From assembly GCA_001784555.1 (NCBI GenBank), contig MFRM01000006.1, forward strand, positions 34,244-98,243: DNA of 64,000 nt, written 5' to 3'. The DNA comes from Candidatus Melainabacteria bacterium RIFCSPHIGHO2_02_FULL_34_12 (GTDB taxonomy: Bacteria; Cyanobacteriota; Vampirovibrionia; 2-02-FULL-35-15). Made by a program: the position numbers and the translations under genes. The notes under the pieces are model-generated. The model was not told the origin of the DNA and made no database searches. It worked only from the letters and a program-made list of their open reading frames with translations. Positions 9,387 to 19,685 of this stretch are shown piece after piece. Every line of letters begins with the position of its first letter. Position 1 is the stretch's first letter.

Positions 9387-11111
9387 CTAAGCAGCTAATG
9401 CTTGGTTTGTAATTGATTCTCGTAATTGGATAGCTCTGGTAGCTTCAGACACCATAATGGCAAAAACACCATGTGCCATTTGAAGAGGGGAATTTGGATT
9501 TGGAAGCCATTCTTCTCTCTCACCATCTTCCTTTTTCCAGCGAGCTTCAGGAAGTACTCCGGCGGGAATTTTAACAGTACGTTTTTCCAATGGGTTTACA
9601 AAAAACTCAATCTCATAGTCATGTTTTGTAAGTTGTGAAAGGCTTCTTTTCATAAATCTGTCTGCCAGAAGAAAACTTTTTTCATCTTTTCCACCAGACT
9701 TCAAATATCTCCCGTAGAAATGAGCTGCAAGTATGGGATCAAAAAGTGTCCACTGAGCAGCTTTATGTCCAGGGTAAATAACTGACCACTTTCCTTGTCC
9801 GTTTGGATTTGAAGCAAAGTTTTCACCAAAAAAAGCATCCAGCTCATCAGGCATCCTTCTTATACCGTATTCTCCCATATTTTCAATAAGTCTTTGAACA
9901 ATTGCATCCTGTTGTGCTTCATTTAAACCAGGATCAAATAAAAGTGAAAATGCAAGTGCGCTGTCACATGGTATTTCATTAGTTTCAACAGCAGGACTTC
10001 CGTCTAATGGGATTCTTTCATTTTTTATAGCATCACCCTTTTCAATTGCATCATCTATAATTTGTTTTAAATTAACATTTGGATTAACAGTAATAGTTTC
10101 ATTTGGATTCCAGCCTTTACTTTCAAAATATTGTTTAGCTTCCTTAAAAGCAGCTAGGCAGAGACTTACGCTGGAAGCTCTTTTTTTGCCTGTTTTGTAT
10201 TCCCATGGACCAATATCTGTTACATCCTCATATCCGATTTCATGGAGAAAATGCAAAGCTACTGAAAAAAGAGAATCATGACCATTTTCAGAATTTTGTC
10301 CGGTAAGAATACTATCCAGTTCTTTTAAGTCAATAATCCCTTGATTTGCAGCAAAAAAGAATGCATATAAATAAGCTCCTAAGCTATCAAGCTGATGATG
10401 TCCCCAATCCTTATATTCACCAAGTTTGCCATCAATAATGGATTGTTTAGCTCTTGGAAGCCCATTTATATCGCTTTCAAATTTTTCCTTTGCAAGTCTT
10501 TTATTTTCATTTGGATCAGGATTTAAAAACAAGAAAGATGTGAAATGCCCTCTTTGAAATGGATCATTGTCATAACTAGCCATAGCAATAAGTTCATCTT
10601 TTACTTTCTGAACAAGTTCTTCACGATCCTCAGAGCCTTCTGGCTCAAGAAGAGCAGCAAGTGTCATTCCGACAGTCATAATGGCATTGTCTCTTCGCCA
10701 TGAACTGTTACTGTATTCACTGGCTGCATTTGGGGAAGCTGGAATAGCACCGCTTTCATAAACTGTTAGATCCACGGTTCTTTCTATGGTTTCCAATATT
10801 TCATCAAGTTCAGCTGAGGTTGAAATTGGATCTGATTTTGTAATATGTTGATGCAACCAGTGTCCTTCAACTAACTCACTAGCTATTGGAATTTGCTCTG
10901 GCGTGATTAATTTAGCTGAATTAAAAATAGTCGAAGTCACCCATGCAGGTGTTGTACAGAGATTGTTTACTGGAAAGCTAGCTGTAAATCTTGGGACTGC
11001 GAAACAACCATTATTTGTTCTTCTATTATTGGTAATTGCACCTCTTGCTGTTCTAAGCAAAGGAACTCTTCTTATTCCACTGGTTATTAATGATGCTACT
11101 TCTGTTACCAT
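9387..11111 (-). CDS. Glycoside hydrolase family 15-like (glucoamylase / glucodextranase / GH15 trehalase)
   Basis: YSNSSWRRDNAIM matches the GH15 W-x-R-D-x-A block. DIGPWEYKTG matches the GH15 catalytic WEE region. The size fits an (alpha/alpha)6 barrel. The true start is probably downstream of the first Met. Confidence 0.5.
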   Translation of the reverse strand: MVTEVASLITSGIRRVPLLRTARGAITNNRRTNNGCFAVPRFTASFPVNNLCTTPAWVTSTIFNSAKLITPEQIPIASELVEGHWLHQHITKSDPISTSAELDEILETIERTVDLTVYESGAIPASPNAASEYSNSSWRRDNAIMTVGMTLAALLEPEGSEDREELVQKVKDELIAMASYDNDPFQRGHFTSFLFLNPDPNENKRLAKEKFESDINGLPRAKQSIIDGKLGEYKDWGHHQLDSLGAYLYAFFFAANQGIIDLKELDSILTGQNSENGHDSLFSVALHFLHEIGYEDVTDIGPWEYKTGKKRASSVSLCLAAFKEAKQYFESKGWNPNETITVNPNVNLKQIIDDAIEKGDAIKNERIPLDGSPAVETNEIPCDSALAFSLLFDPGLNEAQQDAIVQRLIENMGEYGIRRMPDELDAFFGENFASNPNGQGKWSVIYPGHKAAQWTLFDPILAAHFYGRYLKSGGKDEKSFLLADRFMKRSLSQLTKHDYEIEFFVNPLEKRTVKIPAGVLPEARWKKEDGEREEWLPNPNSPLQMAHGVFAIMVSEATRAIQLRESITNQALAA

Positions 11112-11266
11112 AGACCTCTTTGTTCTATGTCCGAATGCCTATGTTCTTTAATTGATTGACGCAATAGATTTCTTAAATTAAGAACAATTGGGTCTAATTT
11201 TATAATTTCTTAACAAATTTGTCCAGTAAAATTTTGTTTGATAAAAAATATTTAATCTTTGTAAGC

Positions 11267-12874
11267 TTAAGCCATCATTAATTGAGCTGTGGGCGAAACA
11301 TTAGAATTTTTGTGGATATTGTTGAATATGCCTTTGTATATGGCTACTGTCTCAGGTGAGTTTCTTAGGCTACTTAGCATATTAATTACTTCATTTTCAA
11401 CAGATGGCTCACCTGTAATGTCTTTGTATAAACCTAGGGCAGTATGTAAATAAACCTGACTTATATAAGGCTCTATTCGATTTGGATCACTCCAGTACCA
11501 GGCACAGCTTGTATACATTAGCTGTATAAATTTTTCCATTTCTAGAAGTTTATAAGCAGTATTTCCCCAGTGATGCTTGGAAACTCCTGGTTTTAAATGC
11601 TTGTCTAAAAAGCTATCTAATACTGCTACATAACGATCTGATGGTTCTGTATCTATTACATTAATATATTCGTTTTTTGCTGCTTTGGGATCTATAAATA
11701 GTTCACTACCTAACTCCTGAAAAAGCTCATGCATTCTGTCTCTTGCAAAATTAAAGGTATTCCTAAAATCAACCCTCCACTGTGAATTTCCCCCCACTGG
11801 ATATTCACATGTGCAATGTTCATTTGCACCCCAATGACCCAGTCCATGACCTATACAACTCCACGAGGTGCCTTGCTTGATTTTGGCTTCCCATTCAGGA
11901 GGATTATGTTCTAGAAATTGTGCTAAGTTAGCCATTTGACCATCCTTAAGCATATTAATTGCACCGGAAGCCACCTTTTCTCCGTTTCCATTATGTTCAC
12001 CTAAAGCTTCGGTATCTAAAGCTTGAATAATTATTTGATTATGTTTTCTATCATCATTTTTACCTTCATACCACCTTTGAATAAATCTTTCACTAGAGTC
12101 AAATACTCCTGCTTTTCCAAAAGCAAAACTGTTTGATACTTCTTCATCGCGGAAAAATACTGCAATGCTGCTTCCATCATCCAGGTTTACCTTATATGGT
12201 CTTGAAGGATCGAGATATGGAGCTTGACTTTTATCTTCCCATGAGTTTTCGTGACCATCGGTACTTATTGGTCTGATTTTTTCAGCTTGTTCTTGTGAAA
12301 GAACTATAAATTTTATGCCTTGTTTAACTAATACTTTTAAAACATCATCATCTACTGCTGTTTCAGGCAGCCAAGCACCTTCCGGCTCTCTTCCAAAATG
12401 TCTTTTAAAAGATTCCTTTGCCCATATAACCTGAGTTTCAACATCGCTCATATCAAATTGTGGATGTCCGTTTGAACTGGGAAGTAGTATTTTTTGAAGA
12501 GGTAAAATTGTATGATTAAATGATGCAAGAAGAAGAGCTGTTCCATGTCCTCCATAATGCTCTCTGCTTCTTCTATCACTCTCAGTTATTTCCCTATAAA
12601 CTTCAGGCTGATAAACTTCCATCCAGTCTAATAAGGTAGATCCCATATCAAAATTTAACCTTTCAAAAACACCTGCCCTTGCAAGAGGTGTATAACATTT
12701 TTGAGCAATTCTTCCGTTGAAATCAAGAGGGAGAGATCCATTTGAACAAGGTATTGGAACATCAATAGGTCTTGTGCCTCTGTTTTGAGGAATTGTAATT
12801 CTTCTTTTGGGTTGATATGTATGGAAATCGCTTGCAATAGAAGTATATAAATCGGCAGAAGAAATAGTTGTCAT
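11267..12874 (-). CDS. Glycoside hydrolase family 57-like alpha-glucan enzyme
   Basis: N-terminal FHTYQP (GH57 region I, H-x-x-x-P) and GAWLPETAVDDD (GH57 WxxE nucleophile region). Confidence 0.45.
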   Translation of the reverse strand: MTTISSADLYTSIASDFHTYQPKRRITIPQNRGTRPIDVPIPCSNGSLPLDFNGRIAQKCYTPLARAGVFERLNFDMGSTLLDWMEVYQPEVYREITESDRRSREHYGGHGTALLLASFNHTILPLQKILLPSSNGHPQFDMSDVETQVIWAKESFKRHFGREPEGAWLPETAVDDDVLKVLVKQGIKFIVLSQEQAEKIRPISTDGHENSWEDKSQAPYLDPSRPYKVNLDDGSSIAVFFRDEEVSNSFAFGKAGVFDSSERFIQRWYEGKNDDRKHNQIIIQALDTEALGEHNGNGEKVASGAINMLKDGQMANLAQFLEHNPPEWEAKIKQGTSWSCIGHGLGHWGANEHCTCEYPVGGNSQWRVDFRNTFNFARDRMHELFQELGSELFIDPKAAKNEYINVIDTEPSDRYVAVLDSFLDKHLKPGVSKHHWGNTAYKLLEMEKFIQLMYTSCAWYWSDPNRIEPYISQVYLHTALGLYKDITGEPSVENEVINMLSSLRNSPETVAIYKGIFNNIHKNSNVSPTAQLMMA

Positions 12875-12993
12875 AATTTTATTTACTAGAATTCAAAATC
12901 TCAAATAATTAAGAATATTCTATACGAATTAAAATTTTATGTCCAGTGGAATTTTATGGTTTTGTAAGAACTTGGCGTAGTATGCCTTACAAT

Positions 12994-13335
12994 TTATGTT
13001 TTACTTAAAATCTTAGATTCTTTAACCAGCCACTTTAGGTATTTTTCTGAGCTTTCTTCAATATTTAGCCCAATTACTTCAGGAACAGTGTAGCTGTGCA
13101 TGGATTTTATTTTATCTTTCAAAGATTCAAAATTTCCTCTTACAGTTTTAATTACACAAAGAGCTTCTGTGTCTCTGCAAATTTCTCCCTGCCACCTGTA
13201 AACTGATCTGACCTTATTAATAATATTTACACATGCAGCAAGCCCGTCTTTTACAAGCTCACCTGCAATTTTTTCTGCTTCAGTAATATCTGGAGCAGTC
13301 ATTAAAACAACTATGGGGTCTTTGTCGTCTGGCAT
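12994..13335 (-). CDS. cutA: Divalent-cation tolerance protein CutA
   Basis: VVLMTAPDITEAEKIAGELVKDGLAACVNII..VRSVYRWQGEI is the CutA1 signature. 113 aa. Confidence 0.8.
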   Translation of the reverse strand: MPDDKDPIVVLMTAPDITEAEKIAGELVKDGLAACVNIINKVRSVYRWQGEICRDTEALCVIKTVRGNFESLKDKIKSMHSYTVPEVIGLNIEESSEKYLKWLVKESKILSKT

Positions 13336-13418
13336 GAGGTTATTATATCGTATGTCAAGCAGATCTTCTTCTTGTTACTGTATTTGGGGGATCAAAAAAG
13401 TGATGAATTAATTAGTTA

Positions 13419-14093
13419 TCAGATTTTTCCTCTTCTTCTCTGAGCTGCTTCACCCATTGCTTCCCATGTAGTTCTTGCCATTTGTGAAAGAATATTTCTG
13501 GCTAGAGCAACTCCTTTATTTGGGCTTACTCTTACTTTATTATCACAGCGAACAAGTCCTGAGTGCTGACCTTTTAACCAGAGCAAAGCTTCATTTACTG
13601 CTTCTTCTTTTTTATAATTACAAAGCACTTCAAATCCTAATCTCATAAGTCTGCTTTTATCTACTACTATCATGTTATATCTACTAATAAATTCCATATG
13701 AATGTTCTTTGCTATTTCTCTGTCAGTTGTATCTATATAAAATTGAGATACCGGAGCTCTTTCATCTGGCAAAGTTACGCTTAAATAAAATCCCCTGACT
13801 TCATTTTCATCTCTCGGATAGCTGATTTCAAGCAGTCCTGTTCTATGGTGTACTTGCGCATTACTAAGAACGCTTGTTTTTAGCCACATACCATCAGTCC
13901 ATCTGGACTGTATATGATTAAAGTAATTGTACTTATCACCGGCTGCTGTATTATCAGGTAAATAACCAACTAACTCCCAAAAACTGACATTACCATCTCT
14001 CCATTCATTTCTATATGGCAGTGGTTTTTGTTCTGTAAGTTTTACAGGAGGTTCTAATTGTGTTGTTTTAAAAGGAAGTGCGGCAGGTATCAT
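13419..14093 (-). CDS. Hypothetical protein (no recognised domain)
   Basis: ORF with coding-like composition. Co-directional and likely co-transcribed with 14129..14653. Confidence 0.4.
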   Translation of the reverse strand: MIPAALPFKTTQLEPPVKLTEQKPLPYRNEWRDGNVSFWELVGYLPDNTAAGDKYNYFNHIQSRWTDGMWLKTSVLSNAQVHHRTGLLEISYPRDENEVRGFYLSVTLPDERAPVSQFYIDTTDREIAKNIHMEFISRYNMIVVDKSRLMRLGFEVLCNYKKEEAVNEALLWLKGQHSGLVRCDNKVRVSPNKGVALARNILSQMARTTWEAMGEAAQRRRGKI

Positions 14094-14128
14094 TTTCTTT
14101 TTTCTCTTGGATATTCACAAGTGCTTAA

Positions 14129-14653
14129 TTAAGCGTCTATGATTTTTACAACAACAAGCTTGTCATGATTTTTTCTGTTAGGCCAATCTGATCCAATGAA
14201 CCATCTGAATCCTTCACGTAATGAACCATTCTCAGAATGGCTAACAATATCATTTAATGCTGCTTCTGCAACACCTCGATTTTTTAAGAGATCTTCTTCT
14301 CTTGGTTCAATAAGAAAGTTAAATGGTCCTGCATCTGGGTAGAATATTGAAAATAAATAAGTTGTGGCTTCTTCAGGTGGAACCTCATTTGCTTCAAAAG
14401 CACCTTTTCTTGTTATTCTGCCAGATACCTCAATCCTTGAACCATCTGGAAAATTTGCAATGATTTGATTTAAATATGCTCTTCTAGGTGAACCAAACTG
14501 TGGTTGAAATTCATTAGGTGGTGCTAATTCCTTTAAAGGCCCCACTACATGTAATTCTGTAACTTCTCCATTACCTGCTCCTCTAAGCGCTTTGTAAAAA
14601 TCCCAGTTTATGGGAATTTTAGGACTGTATACGACATTTCTGACTGGTGGCAT
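14129..14653 (-). CDS. Hypothetical protein (no recognised domain)
   Basis: 174-aa ORF, divergent from valS. No signature I can name. Confidence 0.4.
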   Translation of the reverse strand: MPPVRNVVYSPKIPINWDFYKALRGAGNGEVTELHVVGPLKELAPPNEFQPQFGSPRRAYLNQIIANFPDGSRIEVSGRITRKGAFEANEVPPEEATTYLFSIFYPDAGPFNFLIEPREEDLLKNRGVAEAALNDIVSHSENGSLREGFRWFIGSDWPNRKNHDKLVVVKIIDA

Positions 14654-14786
14654 AAAAATCTCCTTACTAAATTAAAACTGCTTGTAATTTAACCATGTAA
14701 GACAGACTTAAATCAATTATTACAGTAAGCAGAACTTATAGTAAACCTCCCAAATAATGAGACGACTTAATTTTAATTAAAGGCGA

Positions 14787-14850
14787 ACAGACCAATTTTT
14801 TGTGCAGCCGGACACTTGGATTGGAAGGTAAGCAAAAAATTTGGGTCTGT
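14787..14850. promoter_or_regulatory. Long hairpin in the valS upstream/divergent region. Arms are acagaccaatttttt and aaaaaatttgggtctgt, about 15 bp with one bulge. The 33-nt loop is gtgcagccggacacttggattggaaggtaagc.
   Basis: Inverted repeat read from the sequence. No T-box consensus, so it is not a T-box leader. Confidence 0.25.
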
Positions 14851-14959
14851 GAGCCAATTAAAATTAATGTTCTAAGAAATTGAAGAAAAATAAATAAGAT
14901 ATAAGACAAATTTGCAGTGTAAGATCAAATATGACTTATATAAGTAAAAGATTAAAACT

Positions 14960-17680
14960 ATGCAAGACCTTTCCAAAACCTATAACCCAAAAGAAGTTGA
15001 AGAAAAATGGCTTAAGATTTGGCTTTCTCAAAAACTGTTTAAGTCAGAAATAAATTCAGATAAAGAAAGTTTTTCTATAGCTATTCCTCCGCCAAATGTT
15101 ACCGGAAATCTTCATATGGGACATGCATTTGGAAATACTATCCAGGATGTTTTAATTAGATACCATAAAATGAATGGAAAAAATGTTCTCTGGCAGGGAG
15201 GTACTGATCATGCGGGAATTGCTACGCAGGTTTTAGTGGAAAGAGACATTTCAAAGAATGAGAAAAAAAGAAAAGAAGATCTGGGACGTGAAGAGTTTTT
15301 AAAACGAGTTTGGGCTTGGAAAGAAAAACATGGAAATGAAATTATAAATCAGATGAAAAAGCTAGGCTGTGCTATGGATTATGATCGCCTGGTTTTTACC
15401 ATGGATGAAAATTACACCAAAGCCATCAGAAAAGTTTTTGTAGAGCTTTATAAAAAAGGCTTAATTTACCGAGGCAAAAGAATAGTTAACTGGTGTCCTA
15501 AGTGCCTGACAAGCTTAAGTGATCTGGAAGTAGAATCTGAATCAGTAAAAGGAAAACTCTACCATATCCTTTATCCGTTTGATATTAAAGACATTTCAAA
15601 AGGTGGAATTACAGTAGCTACGACCAGGCCTGAGACTATGTTTGGAGATGTGGCAGTGGCAGTAAATCCTGACGATGTTCGTTATAAAAAGATTGTAGGA
15701 GGCAAGGTTACCTTGCCTCTACTGAATAAATCGATTCCTGTTATTTCAGATGAAATTATAAAAATGGATTTTGGGACAGGTGCTGTAAAAACTACGCCGG
15801 CTCATGATGCTAATGATAATGAAATATTTGAAAGACATACAGAGTTGAAAGAATGTCCGGTAATTATGGATTTAAAAGCAAAAGTTCAAGACAATGATAA
15901 TCTTGGCATTCCAAAAGAAATAGTTGGACTTGATCGTTTTAAGGCAAGAGAACTAACCTTACAAAAACTTGAAGAAGGCGGATTTTTAAAAAAGATAGAA
16001 GAATATGATCAAGCACAAGAAAAGCATGATCGCTGTGGCACTGTTATAGAACCTTATTTATCTGATCAATGGTATGTAAAGATGGAACCGCTAGCCAAAC
16101 CTGCCATTTCTGTAGCTGAGGGTCGCGACCCTCAGCTACGATTTGTTCCAGATCGTTATCAAGATCATTATTTAAATTGGCTTCGTAATATAAAAGACTG
16201 GTGCATAAGCAGGCAGCTCTGGTGGGGACATCAGATTCCTGTCTGGTACTGTAAAGAACAAAACCATCCTACAGCATCTGAACAAACACCCACTGAATGT
16301 TCAGTCTGTAAAAGTAAATCTTTAATCCAGGATCCCGATGTTTTAGATACATGGTTTAGCTCTGCGCTTTGGCCTTTTGTAACACTTGGATGGCCTGACG
16401 CGTCCTACTTTAATACTTTTTATCCTACCAGTGTTCTTGCAACAGCCCGTGAAATAATAAATCTCTGGGTTTCACGAATGGTCTTCATGGGACTGGAGTT
16501 TACTGGAGATGTGCCGTTTAAAGAAGTTCTTATTCACCCTGTTATTCAGACACCGGACGGAAAGAGAATGTCAAAATCAAAAGGGAATGCAATTGATCCG
16601 CTTGAAATGATAGATAAATATGGAGCAGATGCAAACAGATTTTGGTATTTTAGCTTAGGAGTTACAGGAAACCAGGATGTAAGATTTCCAGGGAGAAAAG
16701 ATAAAGACGGGAAATGGGAATCTGATGTACTGGAGCAAAACAGAAGATTTGCAAATAAATTATGGAATGCAGTTAGATTTGTTTTGCAGAATTTGGATGA
16801 AGAGAAAAAATATGAAGCTGACCTAAAGAAAATAAACAGTGATAAATTAACCATTGCAGACCGGTGGATATTACACAAATACACACAACTGCTTATAAAC
16901 ATCGAGAAATATTTTAAACAATATGATTTTTCTGAACTTGCAAGAGATGTATACCATTTTATCTGGGATGATTTTTGCGACTGGTACATTGAGATTTCAA
17001 AACAACAGCTAATAAATCCTGAGTTAAAAGAACAAACACAAAAGATTTTATTTAACATAGTTTACGGTATAACTAAAACTCTTCATCCTATAATGCCGTT
17101 TATTACAGAAGAGATATGGAATTCGTTATTGGAACGTAGGGACTTTCCGTGGAAAGCCTTGCTAGATAATCCCTATCCAAAACCTGAAAGTTCTTTTATA
17201 AATGAAGAAATCAATCAAACCTTTTCATATATTATTGATGTAACAAGATCAATAAGAAATCTAAGACAAACTGCAGGGATACCATGGTCAAACGAAATTA
17301 AAGTTAAACTGTTTACTAAAAATGTTAAAGCAAAAAAGATCTTAGATGAACTTATTTCTTATGTTGAATATTTAACTAAAAGCAAAGTTTCAGTCCACGG
17401 TGATTTTGAACCTATAAAACCATCAACAGGTACTCTGGTTAATGACACTAGAATTTTAATCCCCATATCAGGTCTAGTTGATATTGACAATATGTTAAGC
17501 AGCTTAAATAAAAGAAGAAGTCAGTTTGAAAAAGAAATAGAAAGTCAGAAATTAAAGCTAAATAATCCAAACTTTATTAACAATGCAGCACAGGATAAAA
17601 TAAACGAGGTTAAGTCAAGAGTAGGTGAATTAGAAAATCAGATAAAGGTAATTGATGAACAAATCGGTTTGTTGAGATGA
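14960..17680 (+). CDS. valS: Valine--tRNA ligase
   Basis: HIGH motif PPPNVTGNLHMGHA, KMSKS motif KMSKSKGN, C-terminal coiled coil. 906 aa. Confidence 0.95.
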   Translation: MQDLSKTYNPKEVEEKWLKIWLSQKLFKSEINSDKESFSIAIPPPNVTGNLHMGHAFGNTIQDVLIRYHKMNGKNVLWQGGTDHAGIATQVLVERDISKNEKKRKEDLGREEFLKRVWAWKEKHGNEIINQMKKLGCAMDYDRLVFTMDENYTKAIRKVFVELYKKGLIYRGKRIVNWCPKCLTSLSDLEVESESVKGKLYHILYPFDIKDISKGGITVATTRPETMFGDVAVAVNPDDVRYKKIVGGKVTLPLLNKSIPVISDEIIKMDFGTGAVKTTPAHDANDNEIFERHTELKECPVIMDLKAKVQDNDNLGIPKEIVGLDRFKARELTLQKLEEGGFLKKIEEYDQAQEKHDRCGTVIEPYLSDQWYVKMEPLAKPAISVAEGRDPQLRFVPDRYQDHYLNWLRNIKDWCISRQLWWGHQIPVWYCKEQNHPTASEQTPTECSVCKSKSLIQDPDVLDTWFSSALWPFVTLGWPDASYFNTFYPTSVLATAREIINLWVSRMVFMGLEFTGDVPFKEVLIHPVIQTPDGKRMSKSKGNAIDPLEMIDKYGADANRFWYFSLGVTGNQDVRFPGRKDKDGKWESDVLEQNRRFANKLWNAVRFVLQNLDEEKKYEADLKKINSDKLTIADRWILHKYTQLLINIEKYFKQYDFSELARDVYHFIWDDFCDWYIEISKQQLINPELKEQTQKILFNIVYGITKTLHPIMPFITEEIWNSLLERRDFPWKALLDNPYPKPESSFINEEINQTFSYIIDVTRSIRNLRQTAGIPWSNEIKVKLFTKNVKAKKILDELISYVEYLTKSKVSVHGDFEPIKPSTGTLVNDTRILIPISGLVDIDNMLSSLNKRRSQFEKEIESQKLKLNNPNFINNAAQDKINEVKSRVGELENQIKVIDEQIGLLR

Positions 17681-17681
17681 T

Positions 17682-17747
17682 GTAGGGACTGACCAATGTG
17701 TCCGCCCAATAAACGTAGGGGCTGACCAATGTGTCTGCCCAATAAAC
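17682..17747. repeat. Perfectly tandem 33-bp direct repeat x2 (gtagggactgaccaatgtgtccgcccaataaac and gtaggggctgaccaatgtgtctgcccaataaac). It sits between the valS stop and dxr.
   Basis: Read directly; 2 mismatches in 33. Begins 2 bp after the valS stop codon. Confidence 0.7.
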
Positions 17748-17780
17748 AGGTAGAAAGGTTACAATCACGCAAGAGGTTTT

Positions 17781-18956
17781 ATGAGACGTAAAAAGATCGC
17801 AATCTTAGGTTCAACAGGTTCGATAGGGAGACAAACCTTAGATGTGCTGTCTGCATTTAAAGATGATTTTGAAGTGATAGGACTAGCTGCAGGAAAAAAT
17901 GTACAGCTTCTGGCAGAACAAATAAAAGAACATAATCCGCGTTTTGTTTCACTTACTGATTCAAGTCTTGCTCAGGAATTAAAATCAATATTAAAAAATC
18001 CTGCACTTGAAATTTTCTGGGGAGATATGGGACTTGAGTTTATATCGTCCTGTTCCTGCGATATTGTTGTAAACGGGCTTGTAGGATCTCTGGGTTTAAA
18101 GCCTACTATTTCTGCCTTAAGTCACGGTAAGAGAGTAGCCTTTGCAAATAAAGAAACTCTTGTAATTGCAGGTAATTTAATTAAAGACTTAATTGACAGA
18201 TATCATGGAGAAATTATTCCTTTAGACAGCGAGCATGTTGCAATACATCAGTGTGTAAATAATGCAAAAAAAGAAGACATAAAAAGAATCATTTTAACTG
18301 CTTCAGGCGGACCGTTTAGAACCTGGGCTAAAAGCCAGATTCAATCTGCTACAAAAGAACAGGCATTAAAGCATCCTACCTGGGTTATGGGTCAGAAAAT
18401 CACTATTGATTCAGCTACTCTTATGAATAAAGGACTTGAAGTTATAGAAGCTATGCATTTGTTTGATATAAGTCATAAACAAACCGATGTTTTTATTCAT
18501 CCACAGAGTATCATGCATAGTGCTGTTGAGTTTGTAGATGGAAATATAATTGCACAGCTTGGTGCTACTGATATGAAACTACCGATTCAGTATTCTTTAT
18601 ATTATCCTGAAAGAAAACAGTTACCTTTTAATTTATTCTGTGACCTTCTTTCGGTAGGAAAACTTGAATTTGAGAAACCAGATTATGAAAGATTTCCATG
18701 CCTGAAGCTTGCATATGAAGTAGCAGAAAAAGGAAAAAGTTATCCGATAGTTTTAAATGCTGCCAATGAAATTGCAGTTGATATGCTCTTAAAAGAGCAA
18801 ATTTCTTTTGATAAAATTGCAACTATTATTTCAGATTCTTTGGAGACTCATGTAGCTTGTGAGCCAAAATCATTGGAAGAAATAATACAAATTGATAAAG
18901 ATGCCCGCAATAAAGCAACAGAATTAAAGAAAAGAATAAAACAAGTAATGGCTTAA
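17781..18956 (+). CDS. dxr: 1-deoxy-D-xylulose 5-phosphate reductoisomerase
   Basis: KKIAILGSTGSIGRQTLDV NADPH-binding N-terminus; Dxr family length. Confidence 0.9.
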   Translation: MRRKKIAILGSTGSIGRQTLDVLSAFKDDFEVIGLAAGKNVQLLAEQIKEHNPRFVSLTDSSLAQELKSILKNPALEIFWGDMGLEFISSCSCDIVVNGLVGSLGLKPTISALSHGKRVAFANKETLVIAGNLIKDLIDRYHGEIIPLDSEHVAIHQCVNNAKKEDIKRIILTASGGPFRTWAKSQIQSATKEQALKHPTWVMGQKITIDSATLMNKGLEVIEAMHLFDISHKQTDVFIHPQSIMHSAVEFVDGNIIAQLGATDMKLPIQYSLYYPERKQLPFNLFCDLLSVGKLEFEKPDYERFPCLKLAYEVAEKGKSYPIVLNAANEIAVDMLLKEQISFDKIATIISDSLETHVACEPKSLEEIIQIDKDARNKATELKKRIKQVMA

Positions 18957-19082
18957 TGAATCACCAAATGATACATTATTGTTCTGGCAACTATAGGATT
19001 TGTTCAATTTATTTGACAAATCCGATCAATTGTAAAGGATCGATCAAGAAAAGCTTCAGCTTGTCTGAAGCTATATAAAAAA

Positions 19083-19685
19083 ATGCAATCTAAATTAATT
19101 ATTGGCTTAGGTAATCCGGGAGTTGAGCATGACAATACTCCCCATAATGTAGGATTTGCTGCTCTTGATGCATTTGGCGAAAAATATCAGATTTCAGGAA
19201 AACAGGAAGATAAATTATTGTGTTGGTATGGAAGAGGTAAAGTAAACTTTGATAAAAATGATTTTGATTTAATTCTTGCATGGCCTACCACTTTCATGAA
19301 TAACTCCGGTGAGGCGGTAGTAAAATTACTCCACTGGTTTAAACTTGAGGCAGCTGATCTTATCGTAGTACATGACGATACAGCATTAAATCTTGGTAAG
19401 ATTAGAATTTGCTATAACAGCAGCTCGGCTGGACATCACGGGGTTGAATCTATAATTCAAATGCTCAGTGGAAATCAAGAGTTTACCAGACTAAGAATTG
19501 GAATAGGCCCTGATCCAGGCGGCGATAAAAGAAAAGATTATGTCTTAAATAAATTTAAATCAAATGAAGAAGGACTTATTGAAAATGTAATTAAAGTAAG
19601 TGTTGAAGCACTTGAAACAATAATTACTAAGGACACTGGAGAAGCAATGAATAAATTTAACGGTATGGAGATAGTTTCAAAATGA
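19083..19685 (+). CDS. pth: Peptidyl-tRNA hydrolase
   Basis: KLIIGLGNPGVEHDNTPHNVGF is the Pth signature. Confidence 0.9.
   Translation: MQSKLIIGLGNPGVEHDNTPHNVGFAALDAFGEKYQISGKQEDKLLCWYGRGKVNFDKNDFDLILAWPTTFMNNSGEAVVKLLHWFKLEAADLIVVHDDTALNLGKIRICYNSSSAGHHGVESIIQMLSGNQEFTRLRIGIGPDPGGDKRKDYVLNKFKSNEEGLIENVIKVSVEALETIITKDTGEAMNKFNGMEIVSK

Noticed and set aside
14654-14959. T-box riboswitch leader upstream of valS
   Set aside because: A long hairpin exists (14787..14850), but the conserved T-box sequence (AAUUAGGGUGGNACCGCG-like) is absent.
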